DNA of 64,000 nucleotides from an uncultured delta proteobacterium. GTDB taxonomy: Bacteria > Myxococcota_A > Polyangia > Palsa-1104. Numbering within the stretch: the first letter of the stretch is position 1; every line of letters begins with the position of its first letter. Under the pieces are notes generated by a model, which was given only the letters and a program-made list of their open reading frames with translations, did no database searches and was not told where the DNA came from. This document shows, one piece after another, positions 20,850 to 29,995 of the stretch. The position numbers and the translations under genes were made by a program. The DNA lies in the NCBI GenBank assembly GCA_963785725.1, contig CAWAWS010000016.1, forward strand, positions 384,001 to 448,000, in the 5' to 3' direction.

Positions 20850-23543
20850 TTATTTGGGCTCCCCTGGCGGCGTCCGCACTGTAGACAGCACGGCCGGAAC
20901 GAGCAAGCAGGTTAATAAAGCCGACAGCGCCATCGACAGGCCAGCCAGCGTACCGAAGAGGTGCATCGCGGGCGACTTTCCGAGCGCGAGCACCCAGAAG
21001 CCGAGCGACACGAGCAGGATCGAGACGACCATGATGGGGCCGACGGTGCGCGTGACCTCGTCGGCCGGCTGGCGGCGCAGATACCACAAATAGTGCATGG
21101 CGAAGTCGCTGCCGGCGCCGGTGGCGATGCCGGCGACGAGCGACGTGCCGAGATCGATGGGCACGCCGAACAGGCCCATCACGCCGAAGATGATCGCCAT
21201 CGTCAACAGCGACGCCCACATCGACAAGAGCGCCAGCTTGATCGAGCGGAACAGCGCCAGCATCAACAAGAGCACGGCGAAGATGGTGACGACGAGGCTG
21301 CGCACTTGGTTGTCGCCGACGGCGCGCGAGAAGCCGCGGCCCAAGATGGGCTCGCCGGCGACGTGGCCGATGAGCGGCAGCTCGGCGTGCTCGCTCGGGT
21401 CGATGCGCACGAAGAGATCGTCGGCGAGCGTGGCGACGTGGGCGCGCGCGAAGGCGTCGTCGGGCGGCAGCTGCGCGGCGGCGATGAGCGCGGGCACGGC
21501 GGCTTCGACGGCGAGGCGGCGACGCTCTTCGTCGAGGCGGCCGAGGAGGCCGGTATAATCGTCGGGCGTGGCGCCGGCTTTGGCGAACGCCGCCTTCAGC
21601 GCCGGCGAGCCGGCGGGCGCGTCGGCGGCCAGGCGGACGATCTCGGCGCGCGCCTCGTCGGACATGGGCGGCGCTTCGTCGCTGTGCAGATAGTCGGTCA
21701 CGGCGGCGCTGATGGCCGCCGGCGCCGGCGGCGCGGGGTTGGCGGCGGCCTTGGCTGCGGCGAGCAGCGTGACACGCGCCGGCGCGCGATCGTGGGCGCG
21801 CGCCATCCAGCCGAGGCGATCGGCGACGTCGTCGATGGTCGGCGGACGCGGCGTGCGCTGCAGCCGATCGTGCACGAACGCTTCCAACGCCTCCATCGCC
21901 GGGCCGCCGTCGCCGCTGACGCGAATGGTGAGCATGGCGTCGTGGCGCTCGGACGTGATCAGCTGACCGACGCCGGCTTGGCCTTCGATGAGCAGCCACA
22001 TGTTGGCCGACTGCGCGCGCTTCCACGGCAAGACGGCGCGGCCGTTCAAGCCCGCCGACGCCAGCGTCACCGGCAGCAGCAGCGACTGCACGTCATGCAC
22101 GCCCGGCAGCGACTTGGTGAAATCGGACAGGCGCGCCACTTCCCGCAGCGTCGCCGGGTCGTCGAAGTCGCCTTGCAGCCAGATCTGCGCGAACGTGGCG
22201 CCGCCGAAGTGCTCGTCCAAGAAGTGCTCGGCCAGCCACGGCTCGGAGCCGACGCGGAAGAACGCGCGCGGCTCCATCTGCACGCGCACGCGCAACATCG
22301 GCCCCACCGCCACCGTGCCCACGACGAGCGCGACGGCGATGACGGCCACGCGACATCGAGCGGACCAGTGCCACAAGCGCACCATGGCGTCGCCGAGGCG
22401 GCGGAATTCGACCTTCTTTTGCGCCTTGCGCGGCCACAGCGCCAGCGCCGCCGGCACCAGCGTCAGCGACGCCAGCCAACAGATGACGACGCCGAAGCCG
22501 CAGGCGATGCCGAAGCCGCGCATCGGGCGAACGTCGGTGGCGACGAAGGCGAAGAAGCCGACCGACGTCGTGGCCGCGGCGATGGCAAGCGGCGGTCCGA
22601 CGATGGCGAGCGCCTGCTTGATGGCTTCGTCGGACGAATGTTTGGCGCGCAATAAGTAGTAGCGCCCGAGGACGTGGACGGCGTACGAGCTGCCCGACGC
22701 GAAGAGGATGACCGGCAGGGTCGACGTGGCGACGGTGAACTTCTCGCCGAACCAGCCCATGCCGCCCAAGACGACGAGCACGCTGAACGCGACCGAGCCG
22801 ACGGTGAGCGCGACGCCGAGCGGATCGCGGAAGGCGACGATGACGACGAGCAGCAGCATGAAGAGCGCCACCGGCGACAGATGCCAGACGTCGCGCTGCG
22901 CCTCTTCGTAGATGGCGCGGGCGGCGAAGGGCGCGCCGCCGAAGTAGACGTGCAGCCCGGCCAGCTCGTGGGTGGCGACGGTGCGGATCTGATCCTCGAT
23001 GCGGGCCGCACCTTTGACGTCGCCGCTGCCCTTCTTCGGATCGGCCAGGAACGCCAGGATGAGCGCGGCGCGACCGTCCTTCGAGACCAAGTTGCCGACG
23101 GCGAACTCGCGCGACAGGACCTTGGCGCGCAAGGCCGCCTGCTCGGTCGCGTCCTTGGGCGGCGCGGGCACGAGGTCGACGACCTGCGCGCCGGCCGGTC
23201 CGGGCACGATGTCGGACGCCGCCGTCAGCGACAGGATGAGATCGACGCCGCGCAAGTTCTTGATCGCCTGCGTCGCCCAATCGATCTTGCCCATCGACGA
23301 CGGCGAGAACACGTCGTCGCCGGGCGGGGTCTCGACGCCGATGAGCGCCACGCGCAGCGATCCGAAGCGGTGGCTGACGTCCTCGAACAGCCGCACGTCG
23401 GGATCGTCCGTCGGCAGGAAGACCATGAGATCTTCCTCGTTCTGCAGCCGCGCGGCTCCGACGACCGACAAGATCGCCACGACCGCGCAAGCGGCCAGGA
23501 CGGAGCGCGGGCGGCGGCTGGCCCAAGCGATCAGCGTTCCCAC
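20850..23543 (-). CDS. MMPL/RND family transporter
   Basis: Two MMPL halves; TM4 GSSYAVH, AAATTSVGF, FGIACGFG, TM10 GSDFAMHY. Start placed at GTG 23543, 7 nt after TGtTAGGGT; the track's N-terminal extension overlaps the deaminase. Confidence 0.88.
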   Translation of the reverse strand: MGTLIAWASRRPRSVLAACAVVAILSVVGAARLQNEEDLMVFLPTDDPDVRLFEDVSHRFGSLRVALIGVETPPGDDVFSPSSMGKIDWATQAIKNLRGVDLILSLTAASDIVPGPAGAQVVDLVPAPPKDATEQAALRAKVLSREFAVGNLVSKDGRAALILAFLADPKKGSGDVKGAARIEDQIRTVATHELAGLHVYFGGAPFAARAIYEEAQRDVWHLSPVALFMLLLVVIVAFRDPLGVALTVGSVAFSVLVVLGGMGWFGEKFTVATSTLPVILFASGSSYAVHVLGRYYLLRAKHSSDEAIKQALAIVGPPLAIAAATTSVGFFAFVATDVRPMRGFGIACGFGVVICWLASLTLVPAALALWPRKAQKKVEFRRLGDAMVRLWHWSARCRVAVIAVALVVGTVAVGPMLRVRVQMEPRAFFRVGSEPWLAEHFLDEHFGGATFAQIWLQGDFDDPATLREVARLSDFTKSLPGVHDVQSLLLPVTLASAGLNGRAVLPWKRAQSANMWLLIEGQAGVGQLITSERHDAMLTIRVSGDGGPAMEALEAFVHDRLQRTPRPPTIDDVADRLGWMARAHDRAPARVTLLAAAKAAANPAPPAPAAISAAVTDYLHSDEAPPMSDEARAEIVRLAADAPAGSPALKAAFAKAGATPDDYTGLLGRLDEERRRLAVEAAVPALIAAAQLPPDDAFARAHVATLADDLFVRIDPSEHAELPLIGHVAGEPILGRGFSRAVGDNQVRSLVVTIFAVLLLMLALFRSIKLALLSMWASLLTMAIIFGVMGLFGVPIDLGTSLVAGIATGAGSDFAMHYLWYLRRQPADEVTRTVGPIMVVSILLVSLGFWVLALGKSPAMHLFGTLAGLSMALSALLTCLLVPAVLSTVRTPPGEPK

Positions 23544-23626
23544 GCGGGGCACCCTAACATAACCGCCGCGACGGCCGGTAGAACACGTTCTAGATTTACG
23601 ATGGAGCTCGGGCGATCGCGCGAGTG

Positions 23627-24628
23627 CTAATGGGGCATGAAGCTGGCGGCGCGGGCGTTGGCGATGAATTGACGCGCCTCGCCGTCCGAGATGATGCCTT
23701 CGCCCACGAGCAGGTTGAACTCTTTGCGCAGCGTCGTGCCGAGCAGGTAGGTGCCGTCGGTGTTGATGGTCATGCGCACGCCGGCCTGGCGCAGCTTGTC
23801 GAACACGCGCTTCAGATCCGGCAGGCCGGTGACCGCGTGCGTGCGCAGATTCGACGACGGGCACAGCTCGAGCACGATGTTCTGCTCGACGAGCTTGCGC
23901 ATCGCCTCCTCCGACTGTGCGGCGGCGATGCCGTGACCGATGCGCGCCGGCTTGAGCTTCTCGATGACGGCGAGCACGCCTTCGACGCCCGTGTGCGACG
24001 TCTCGCCCGTATGCACCGTCGTGCCGAGGCCGACTTTGCGCGCGCGGTCGAACAGGTCACGATAGCGCTCGACGTCCTTGCCGAGCTCGGTGACGTGCTG
24101 CTCGGGGCCGGCGATGTCGATGCCGATGATCCCGTGATTGCGCCACTTCTCGGCCTTCTTGACGATGATCTCGTTGAGCGCGTAGTCGAACTCGCGCGCC
24201 AGGCAGAAGATGATGCCGGCTTTGACGCCGTAATCGAGGCAGGCGCGATCCATGCCGCGCAGCGCCGCCGCGATGATGTAGTCGAGATCGCGCTCGCCGC
24301 CGACGTTGCGCTTCATCGGGTTGAAGCGCAGCTCGATCATCGACACGCGCGAGCTGCGATATTCCTTGCCGATGACCTCATAGACGGAGCGCTCGATCGC
24401 CGACGGCGAAGACTGAATCTTCTCCGTCCACTGATGCATGATGTCGAGATAGTCGCCGAGCGACGTCACCTTGTTGGGATCGGCGTAGACCAGCTCGCAG
24501 AAGTCCCAATAGGATTTGACCGGCAGCTTGAAGCCGGAGTCGTGCGCGATCGCCCACAACACGTGCGGCGCCACCGCCCCGCCGACGTGAATGTGCAGGT
24601 CCGTCAGATCTTCGCTGTCTTGAATCAT
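23627..24628 (-). CDS. Adenosine deaminase family metallohydrolase
   Basis: DLHIHVGG, ELRFNP, GIDIAGPE, HTGE, RIGHG, LELCPSSN and INTDG motifs. Confidence 0.88.
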   Translation of the reverse strand: MIQDSEDLTDLHIHVGGAVAPHVLWAIAHDSGFKLPVKSYWDFCELVYADPNKVTSLGDYLDIMHQWTEKIQSSPSAIERSVYEVIGKEYRSSRVSMIELRFNPMKRNVGGERDLDYIIAAALRGMDRACLDYGVKAGIIFCLAREFDYALNEIIVKKAEKWRNHGIIGIDIAGPEQHVTELGKDVERYRDLFDRARKVGLGTTVHTGETSHTGVEGVLAVIEKLKPARIGHGIAAAQSEEAMRKLVEQNIVLELCPSSNLRTHAVTGLPDLKRVFDKLRQAGVRMTINTDGTYLLGTTLRKEFNLLVGEGIISDGEARQFIANARAASFMPH

Positions 24629-24645
24629 GATCTTTTGAGGATAGC

Positions 24646-24975
24646 TCAGCCTTGCGACTTGAGCGCTGTGCGGTTCAGGAATGCCTTCAGCTCTTGGCCG
24701 GGCACGAACGACACCGTCGTCGAAGGCGCGATGAGGATGGGCGCGCCGGTCTGCGGATTGCGCCCCGTGCGGCCGTTCTTGCGTTTCTTCGTGAACGTCC
24801 CGAAGCCGGGATAGGTGAAGCGCGGCGTGTTGTGACGCGTGACTTTGGCTTTGACGAAATAATCGCCCAGCTCGGCGAAGACCGCGTCGACCAGCGCCGC
24901 CACGGCTTTCTTCGTCAGCTCTTCGGGCATGCCCGGCGTGCGCGCCACTTTCTCGATCAGCTCTTGCTTCGTCAT
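24646..24975 (-). CDS. HU/IHF family DNA-binding protein
   Basis: MTKQELIEKVA...GFGTF...RTGRNPQTG..I.I...VSFVPGQELK; true start ATG 24975. Confidence 0.92.
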   Translation of the reverse strand: MTKQELIEKVARTPGMPEELTKKAVAALVDAVFAELGDYFVKAKVTRHNTPRFTYPGFGTFTKKRKNGRTGRNPQTGAPILIAPSTTVSFVPGQELKAFLNRTALKSQG

Positions 24976-25039
24976 CGAACGGCCCCCGCCGCTGAGGCGT
25001 TCTTTGTGCGCTTCGGTGTGTAACGTGTCAAGGCAACGT

Positions 25040-26284
25040 TCAGCTTCGCGACGGCAGGCCGAGCAGCGTGCGCGCCTGCGCGACCGTCGCCACTTGGCGG
25101 CCATGTTGCGCGCACAGCTCGACGGCGCGCGCGACGAGCGGCGCCGAGCCTTCGGCGAGCACGCCTTTGTCGACGTAGATGTTGTCCTCGAGCCCGACGC
25201 GCGCGTTGCCGCCCAACTTCGCCGCCAGCGCCGCCATCGGCAGCTGCTGACGACCGATGCCGGCCACGCCCCAGCTGCAGCCATCGGGCAGCTCGTCCAT
25301 GCGACCGATCAGGAACTCGAGGTTCGCCTCCGACGCCGACAGCGCGCCTTTGACGCCGAGCACGAACTGCAGATGCAGCGGCGCTTTGACATGCCCCGCT
25401 TTCAAGAGGTCGAGCACGATGTCGAGGTGCCCGGCGTCGTACAGCTCGAGCTCGGGCACGGCGCCGTGCTTGCCGATGCGCTGCGCCATCTCGATCGTGT
25501 CGGCGGCCTTGTTCATGAAGACGTCGTCGCCGAAGTTGATGGTGCCGACGTTGAGCGTGGCCATCTCGGGCGCGTCCTGGCCGACGCACTCGAGCGGACC
25601 GGCGCGCTCGGCGACGCTCATGCCGACCGCGCCGCCCGTCGACGTCTGGATGATGACGTCGCAGCGGCTGCGGATGGCGCGAATGGCGGCGCGAAAGCGA
25701 TCGCCGTTCTGCGACGCGCGCCCCTGTTCGTCGCGCACGTGCAGGTGGATGACGCTGGCGCCGGCGCGGCTACAGCGCTCGGCTTCGGCGCCGAGCTCGT
25801 CGGCCGACAGCGGCAAATGCGGGTTCTGCGCCCGCGTCGTCTCGGCGCCGACGATGGCGGCCGTGATGATGCACGGCCCGGGACGGCCGGTCACGTGTTT
25901 GCGGCGCACGCCGGCCGGCACGACGCAGGTGCCGCGGGCGCGACAGACGACGACGGGCTCGACGAGCAGGTCGGCCGAGGACTCGAACGAGTCGTCGCGC
26001 CGCGGCGTGGGCACGATGACCTTGCGCGCGACGAACTCCATGCCGAGCGAGGTCGTGCCCCAGCGGGTGATGGTGCCTTCGGCCTCGATGAAGTCGCCGG
26101 CCCGCACCGGCGCCAGGAACTCGACCGAGTCGTAGGCGCGAAATAGCCCTTCGTCCCCGTCGGCGCGGATGCACAGCTCCGTCGCCACATCGCCGAACAG
26201 CTCCAGCATCTTGGCGCCGTCGACGAGCCCACCGGCATAGTGAGCGTGATTCGATCCCATTCTGAGGCGTATGCGCGCTTTCAT
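25040..26284 (-). CDS. kce: Apparent fusion of 3-aminobutyryl-CoA ammonia-lyase (Kal, hotdog fold) and 3-keto-5-aminohexanoate cleavage enzyme (Kce/BKACE)
   Basis: N-terminal IRLRM...[11 protein letters not shown]...FGDVATEL...[20 protein letters not shown] (Kal-like); C-terminal [31 protein letters not shown] and RVGLEDN (Kce). Confidence 0.85.
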   Translation of the reverse strand: MKARIRLRMGSNHAHYAGGLVDGAKMLELFGDVATELCIRADGDEGLFRAYDSVEFLAPVRAGDFIEAEGTITRWGTTSLGMEFVARKVIVPTPRRDDSFESSADLLVEPVVVCRARGTCVVPAGVRRKHVTGRPGPCIITAAIVGAETTRAQNPHLPLSADELGAEAERCSRAGASVIHLHVRDEQGRASQNGDRFRAAIRAIRSRCDVIIQTSTGGAVGMSVAERAGPLECVGQDAPEMATLNVGTINFGDDVFMNKAADTIEMAQRIGKHGAVPELELYDAGHLDIVLDLLKAGHVKAPLHLQFVLGVKGALSASEANLEFLIGRMDELPDGCSWGVAGIGRQQLPMAALAAKLGGNARVGLEDNIYVDKGVLAEGSAPLVARAVELCAQHGRQVATVAQARTLLGLPSRS

Positions 26285-26408
26285 GGCGAGGTAACATATG
26301 TGCGCGCGACCGGTTTCGTCACGCCCTAACGACAGTACCCACGCAACATGCGTTCAGTGCAACCGTCCTTGTGGGATGAAGAATTAATGAGATTCTCATC
26401 TCACTCTC

Positions 26409-27287
26409 ATGAATGCGGCTGTCGTTCTGGCGCGCCTTCGCGAGCTCGCGCAGCTGCTGCTGCCCTACCTGGCTTTCGGCTTTCTGTTCGAGCTGTGCGA
26501 GCGCTTCTGGCCCATTCGCAAGCGCGCGCCCGCGGCCGAGTGGCGGCTCGACTGGCTCGGCTTCGTGCTGCAGCTCGCCTACGGGACGGTCTACGTCGTC
26601 TTCGTCGCGCCGATCGTGGAGACGAGCCCGCTCTTGGCGTGGCTGCGACCGCTGCACGACTATCTCGGAACCTGCCCCGCGATCGTCTGCTTCCTCGTCT
26701 ACTTCGTCGCCTACGACTTCTTTTCCTACTGGCTGCATCGGCTGCAGCATCATCCCTGGATCTGGTCGCTGCACGCTTTTCACCACAGCTCACGCCGCCT
26801 GCACTGGATCTCGGGCGCGCGCGGCAGCCTCTTTCACGAGTGCCTGACCACGCTCGCCAGCACGCTGGCGCTGCTCGTCGTTCCCTTCGCCGGCGGCCGC
26901 TATTTTTGGGGCTATTTTCTCTATACGAACGCGCACAACTCGTTCATCCACTCCAACATTCGCGTCAATTCACGGCTGTTCAACGCCGTCTTCATGACCG
27001 GCGAGCACCACTTCGTGCACCACGCCAAGGACCTGCGCGCCGGCAACTCCAACTTCGCCTTCATCTTCACGTTCTGGGATCGCCTGTTCGGCACTTGGGT
27101 CGACCCGCGCACGATGCCCGCCGACTTCGAGCTGGGCCTCGACTGCGCGCCCGGCGCCACCATCGACACGACGCGGCTCATCTTGGGTCTGCCCGCGGTC
27201 CGCGCGAGCGCGCCGGCACACGCCCCCAAAATCGAAGGCGCAATCGCAGGCGAAGTCGAAGCCCCGCGCCGAGCCGCCGCCAAGTAA
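26409..27287 (+). CDS. Sterol desaturase/fatty acid hydroxylase family protein
   Basis: His boxes YWLHRLQH, HAFHHS, FIHSN, HHFVHH; NF...FTFWDRLFGT. Confidence 0.88.
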   Translation: MNAAVVLARLRELAQLLLPYLAFGFLFELCERFWPIRKRAPAAEWRLDWLGFVLQLAYGTVYVVFVAPIVETSPLLAWLRPLHDYLGTCPAIVCFLVYFVAYDFFSYWLHRLQHHPWIWSLHAFHHSSRRLHWISGARGSLFHECLTTLASTLALLVVPFAGGRYFWGYFLYTNAHNSFIHSNIRVNSRLFNAVFMTGEHHFVHHAKDLRAGNSNFAFIFTFWDRLFGTWVDPRTMPADFELGLDCAPGATIDTTRLILGLPAVRASAPAHAPKIEGAIAGEVEAPRRAAAK

Positions 27288-27332
27288 CGAGCCGCCGCGT
27301 CGGCGTGAGGCGCGTCGTGCTATGATGACGGC

Positions 27333-28364
27333 GTGGCGCCAGGTTTCGCGAGTGGCACCAACGGCAGTCGACGGGCGGCCGTCGTTTCTCGTCATCCGGC
27401 GACGCTCAAACACGTCGCGCAAGCGCTGGGCGTGGCGTCCTTGTCGAGCCGGCAGGCCATCGGCCCCTCGTTCCTGCCGCGCTCGGAGCGCGGCGAATTC
27501 GACGTCATCCTGCTCGATCTCGACATCGATCCCAAGGCGGCGCCGGCCGACCTGTGCGCGCAAGTGGCCGCCGTTTGTCGGGATACGCCCATCGTCGCCT
27601 TGGCCGGCGTCGACGCGCGGCAGCGGCTGATGCAGGCGTTGGCGCACGACTCCGTCGTCAGCATCGTGCCCAAGCCCGGCGCCAGCATGCCCGTCGTCGC
27701 CGACGCCGCGCCCATCCCCATCGACGGGCCTGACGAGCAATGGCTCGGCTTGGCGCTGCGCCGGCGCGCCGAGCCGGCGACGCAGCCGATCGGCCCGATG
27801 CCCTACTTGCTCGGCGGCACCGACATCGAGGAGCGCCTCATCGGCGGCAGCGTCGACAAGGACGCGGCGCTGCAGGCGCTGCTCGCCGACGCCGCGCGCT
27901 TCGGCTTCTCCGACGAGAAGGTGCGCCGCGTCGAGACCGCGGCCGACGAGCTCGTGCTCAACGCCGTCTACGAAGCGCCGCGCGACGATGACGGCCAGCC
28001 GCTGCACGCGCACGCCGATCGCCGCGAGGTCGTGGTCCTGCCGGCGCAGGCGCAAGTGCGGCTGCGTTGGGGCTGCGACGGCCGCACCTTCGCGCTGTCG
28101 GTCGCCGATCGCTTCGGCGCGCTCGATCGCGCCGTCGTCGTCGCCCACGTCGGCAAGCTGCTCGACGCGCGCACGCAGCGGGTCGCGCGCGGCGCCGCCG
28201 GTTCGAGCGGCCTCGGTCTGGCGCTCGCCTTCGGCGCCGGCAACGAGCTGGCGCTCCACGTCGCCGCCGGCCGCTTCACCGAGGTCACCTGCGCGCTGCA
28301 CATCGCCGGCTCCAACCGCGTCGCCCTCGCCCGCGGCTCGGCGCTCCACCTCTATATGTTCTGA
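27333..28364 (+). CDS. Receiver-like domain + RsbW/SpoIIAB-like HATPase (paralogue 1)
   Basis: N-terminal DVILLDLD...PIVALAG...VPK; C-terminal DELVLNAVYEAP (N box), VADRFG (G1), SSGLGL (G2). Confidence 0.7.
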   Translation: MAPGFASGTNGSRRAAVVSRHPATLKHVAQALGVASLSSRQAIGPSFLPRSERGEFDVILLDLDIDPKAAPADLCAQVAAVCRDTPIVALAGVDARQRLMQALAHDSVVSIVPKPGASMPVVADAAPIPIDGPDEQWLGLALRRRAEPATQPIGPMPYLLGGTDIEERLIGGSVDKDAALQALLADAARFGFSDEKVRRVETAADELVLNAVYEAPRDDDGQPLHAHADRREVVVLPAQAQVRLRWGCDGRTFALSVADRFGALDRAVVVAHVGKLLDARTQRVARGAAGSSGLGLALAFGAGNELALHVAAGRFTEVTCALHIAGSNRVALARGSALHLYMF

Positions 28365-28438
28365 CCTTCGTCGCGACAAATCGGCGCCCTATCGGACGCG
28401 CCCTTTTTCGTGGTACGATCGTCGCAAGGGGAGTTTTC

Positions 28439-29476
28439 ATGCATGCAGCGAAGCGTACCCGTGCCGCGGCGCTCGTCAGCCGTCACGGGCCGACCTGCCG
28501 GCGCGTCGCGCAATCGCTGGGCGCGGCCGGTGTGCAGGTGCGTTCGACGCCGTTTCCGAGCGAGCTGCCGCTGGAGGATTTGGGCGAGATCGTGGCGCTG
28601 CTGGTCGACCTCGACGTCTCGCCCGACGAGCCGGCGGCGGTGCTGTTGGCCGAGGCGCGTCAGGCCTATCCCGACGTGCCACTCTTGGCGACGGCCGGCA
28701 TCGACGCGCGCGCCCGCCTCCTCGACGCGCTGTGCGAAGCCGACGTGCACCACGTCGTGCCCAAGCGCGGCGCCTTGACCTTGCCGCGCGGCGGAATTCC
28801 ACTCTTGGGCGCGCTCGAAGGCCCCGACGAGCACGACCTCTTCGCGACGATGCGCCGCATCCTCGACGGCCCCGATTCGCCGGGCGTCGCGCCCTATCTC
28901 TTGGCCGGCGCGCCCATTCACGAGGCCAGCGTCCGCAACAGCGACGACAAAGACCGCGCGCTCGGCGAGCTCGTGGCCTTCGCCGAGTCGATGGATTTGG
29001 CGGGCGAGAAGCTGCGTCGCGTCGAGCTGGCGTCGGAGGAGTTGCTCATGAACGCGCTCTGGGACGCGCCCCGCGACGCCGACGGCGCCCATCGCCACGC
29101 CGACCGCGACCGCCGCGACAGCGTCGAATTGGGACCGCACGAGACCATCCACTTACGCTGGGGCTGCGACGGTCAGACGATCGCCGTCGCCGTCGCCGAT
29201 CCCTTCGGCTCCTTGTCGAAGCGCGCCGTCATCGAGCGGCTGCGCAAGGTGCGCGACGGCATCCCCAAGCCGAGCGCAGGCGTCGCCGGTGCCGGCCTCG
29301 GCCTCGTCATGACGTACGCGGTCGCCAATCAGCTCATCTTCAGCGTCGCGCCCGGCAGAGTGACCGAGGTGACGGCGGTGATGCATGTCGGCGGCAGCAA
29401 CCGCGCGGCGCAAGAGCGCGGCACGGCCGTCCACTTTTACGTCGGCGCCGAGCCGCGCCAGGGAGACAGCTGGTGA
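28439..29476 (+). CDS. Receiver-like domain + RsbW/SpoIIAB-like HATPase (paralogue 2)
   Basis: GGGAG RBS before ATG 28439; EELLMNALWDAP, VADPFG and GAGLGL; colinear with the upstream gene. Confidence 0.72.
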   Translation: MHAAKRTRAAALVSRHGPTCRRVAQSLGAAGVQVRSTPFPSELPLEDLGEIVALLVDLDVSPDEPAAVLLAEARQAYPDVPLLATAGIDARARLLDALCEADVHHVVPKRGALTLPRGGIPLLGALEGPDEHDLFATMRRILDGPDSPGVAPYLLAGAPIHEASVRNSDDKDRALGELVAFAESMDLAGEKLRRVELASEELLMNALWDAPRDADGAHRHADRDRRDSVELGPHETIHLRWGCDGQTIAVAVADPFGSLSKRAVIERLRKVRDGIPKPSAGVAGAGLGLVMTYAVANQLIFSVAPGRVTEVTAVMHVGGSNRAAQERGTAVHFYVGAEPRQGDSW

Positions 29477-29916
29477 CGCTCACGCTCGACAAGCGGCAAT
29501 CGGCAGACGGGACCTTGCACGTGACCGTCAGCGGCAAGATCGACGAGCGCTTCGACCCCGCGGCGCTCGTGGCCGAAGCCAAAGGTAAGATCGTGCTGCA
29601 TTTGGCCGGCGTGCGCTCGATCTCGTCGCTGGGCGTGCGCGCCTTCGAGCAGCTGATGCGCACCTTGCCGGGCGACATCGTGCTCATCCACATCTCGCCG
29701 GCGATCGCGGCGCAGCTGACGATGATCCCGAGCCTCGTCGGGCCGCGCGCCAAGATCGAGTCGGCCAAGCTGCCGTTCGTGTGCCCGGCGTGCGGCGCAG
29801 AGAAGGCGCACTCGGTGCCGTTCCAAGCCGGCGCCGCCACGGCCAACGCGCCCACATGCACCTGCGGCGCGACGATGGAGCTCGACGGCTTGCCCGAGCA
29901 GTACCTTCCCGTCTAA
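29473..29916 (+). CDS. STAS-like (anti-anti-sigma) domain with C-terminal Zn ribbon
   Basis: GTGA overlap with the upstream stop; VSGKIDE, LHLAGVRSISSLGVR (STAS Ser motif), CPACG...CTCG. Confidence 0.75.
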   Translation: MTLTLDKRQSADGTLHVTVSGKIDERFDPAALVAEAKGKIVLHLAGVRSISSLGVRAFEQLMRTLPGDIVLIHISPAIAAQLTMIPSLVGPRAKIESAKLPFVCPACGAEKAHSVPFQAGAATANAPTCTCGATMELDGLPEQYLPV

Positions 29917-29995
29917 CCTACGACGTCGTGCCGCTCGCAGTCGTCCCAACCGCGTTTTCACCCGTAAAGGCGCGTCGATTCGCTTGGTGCCCGCG

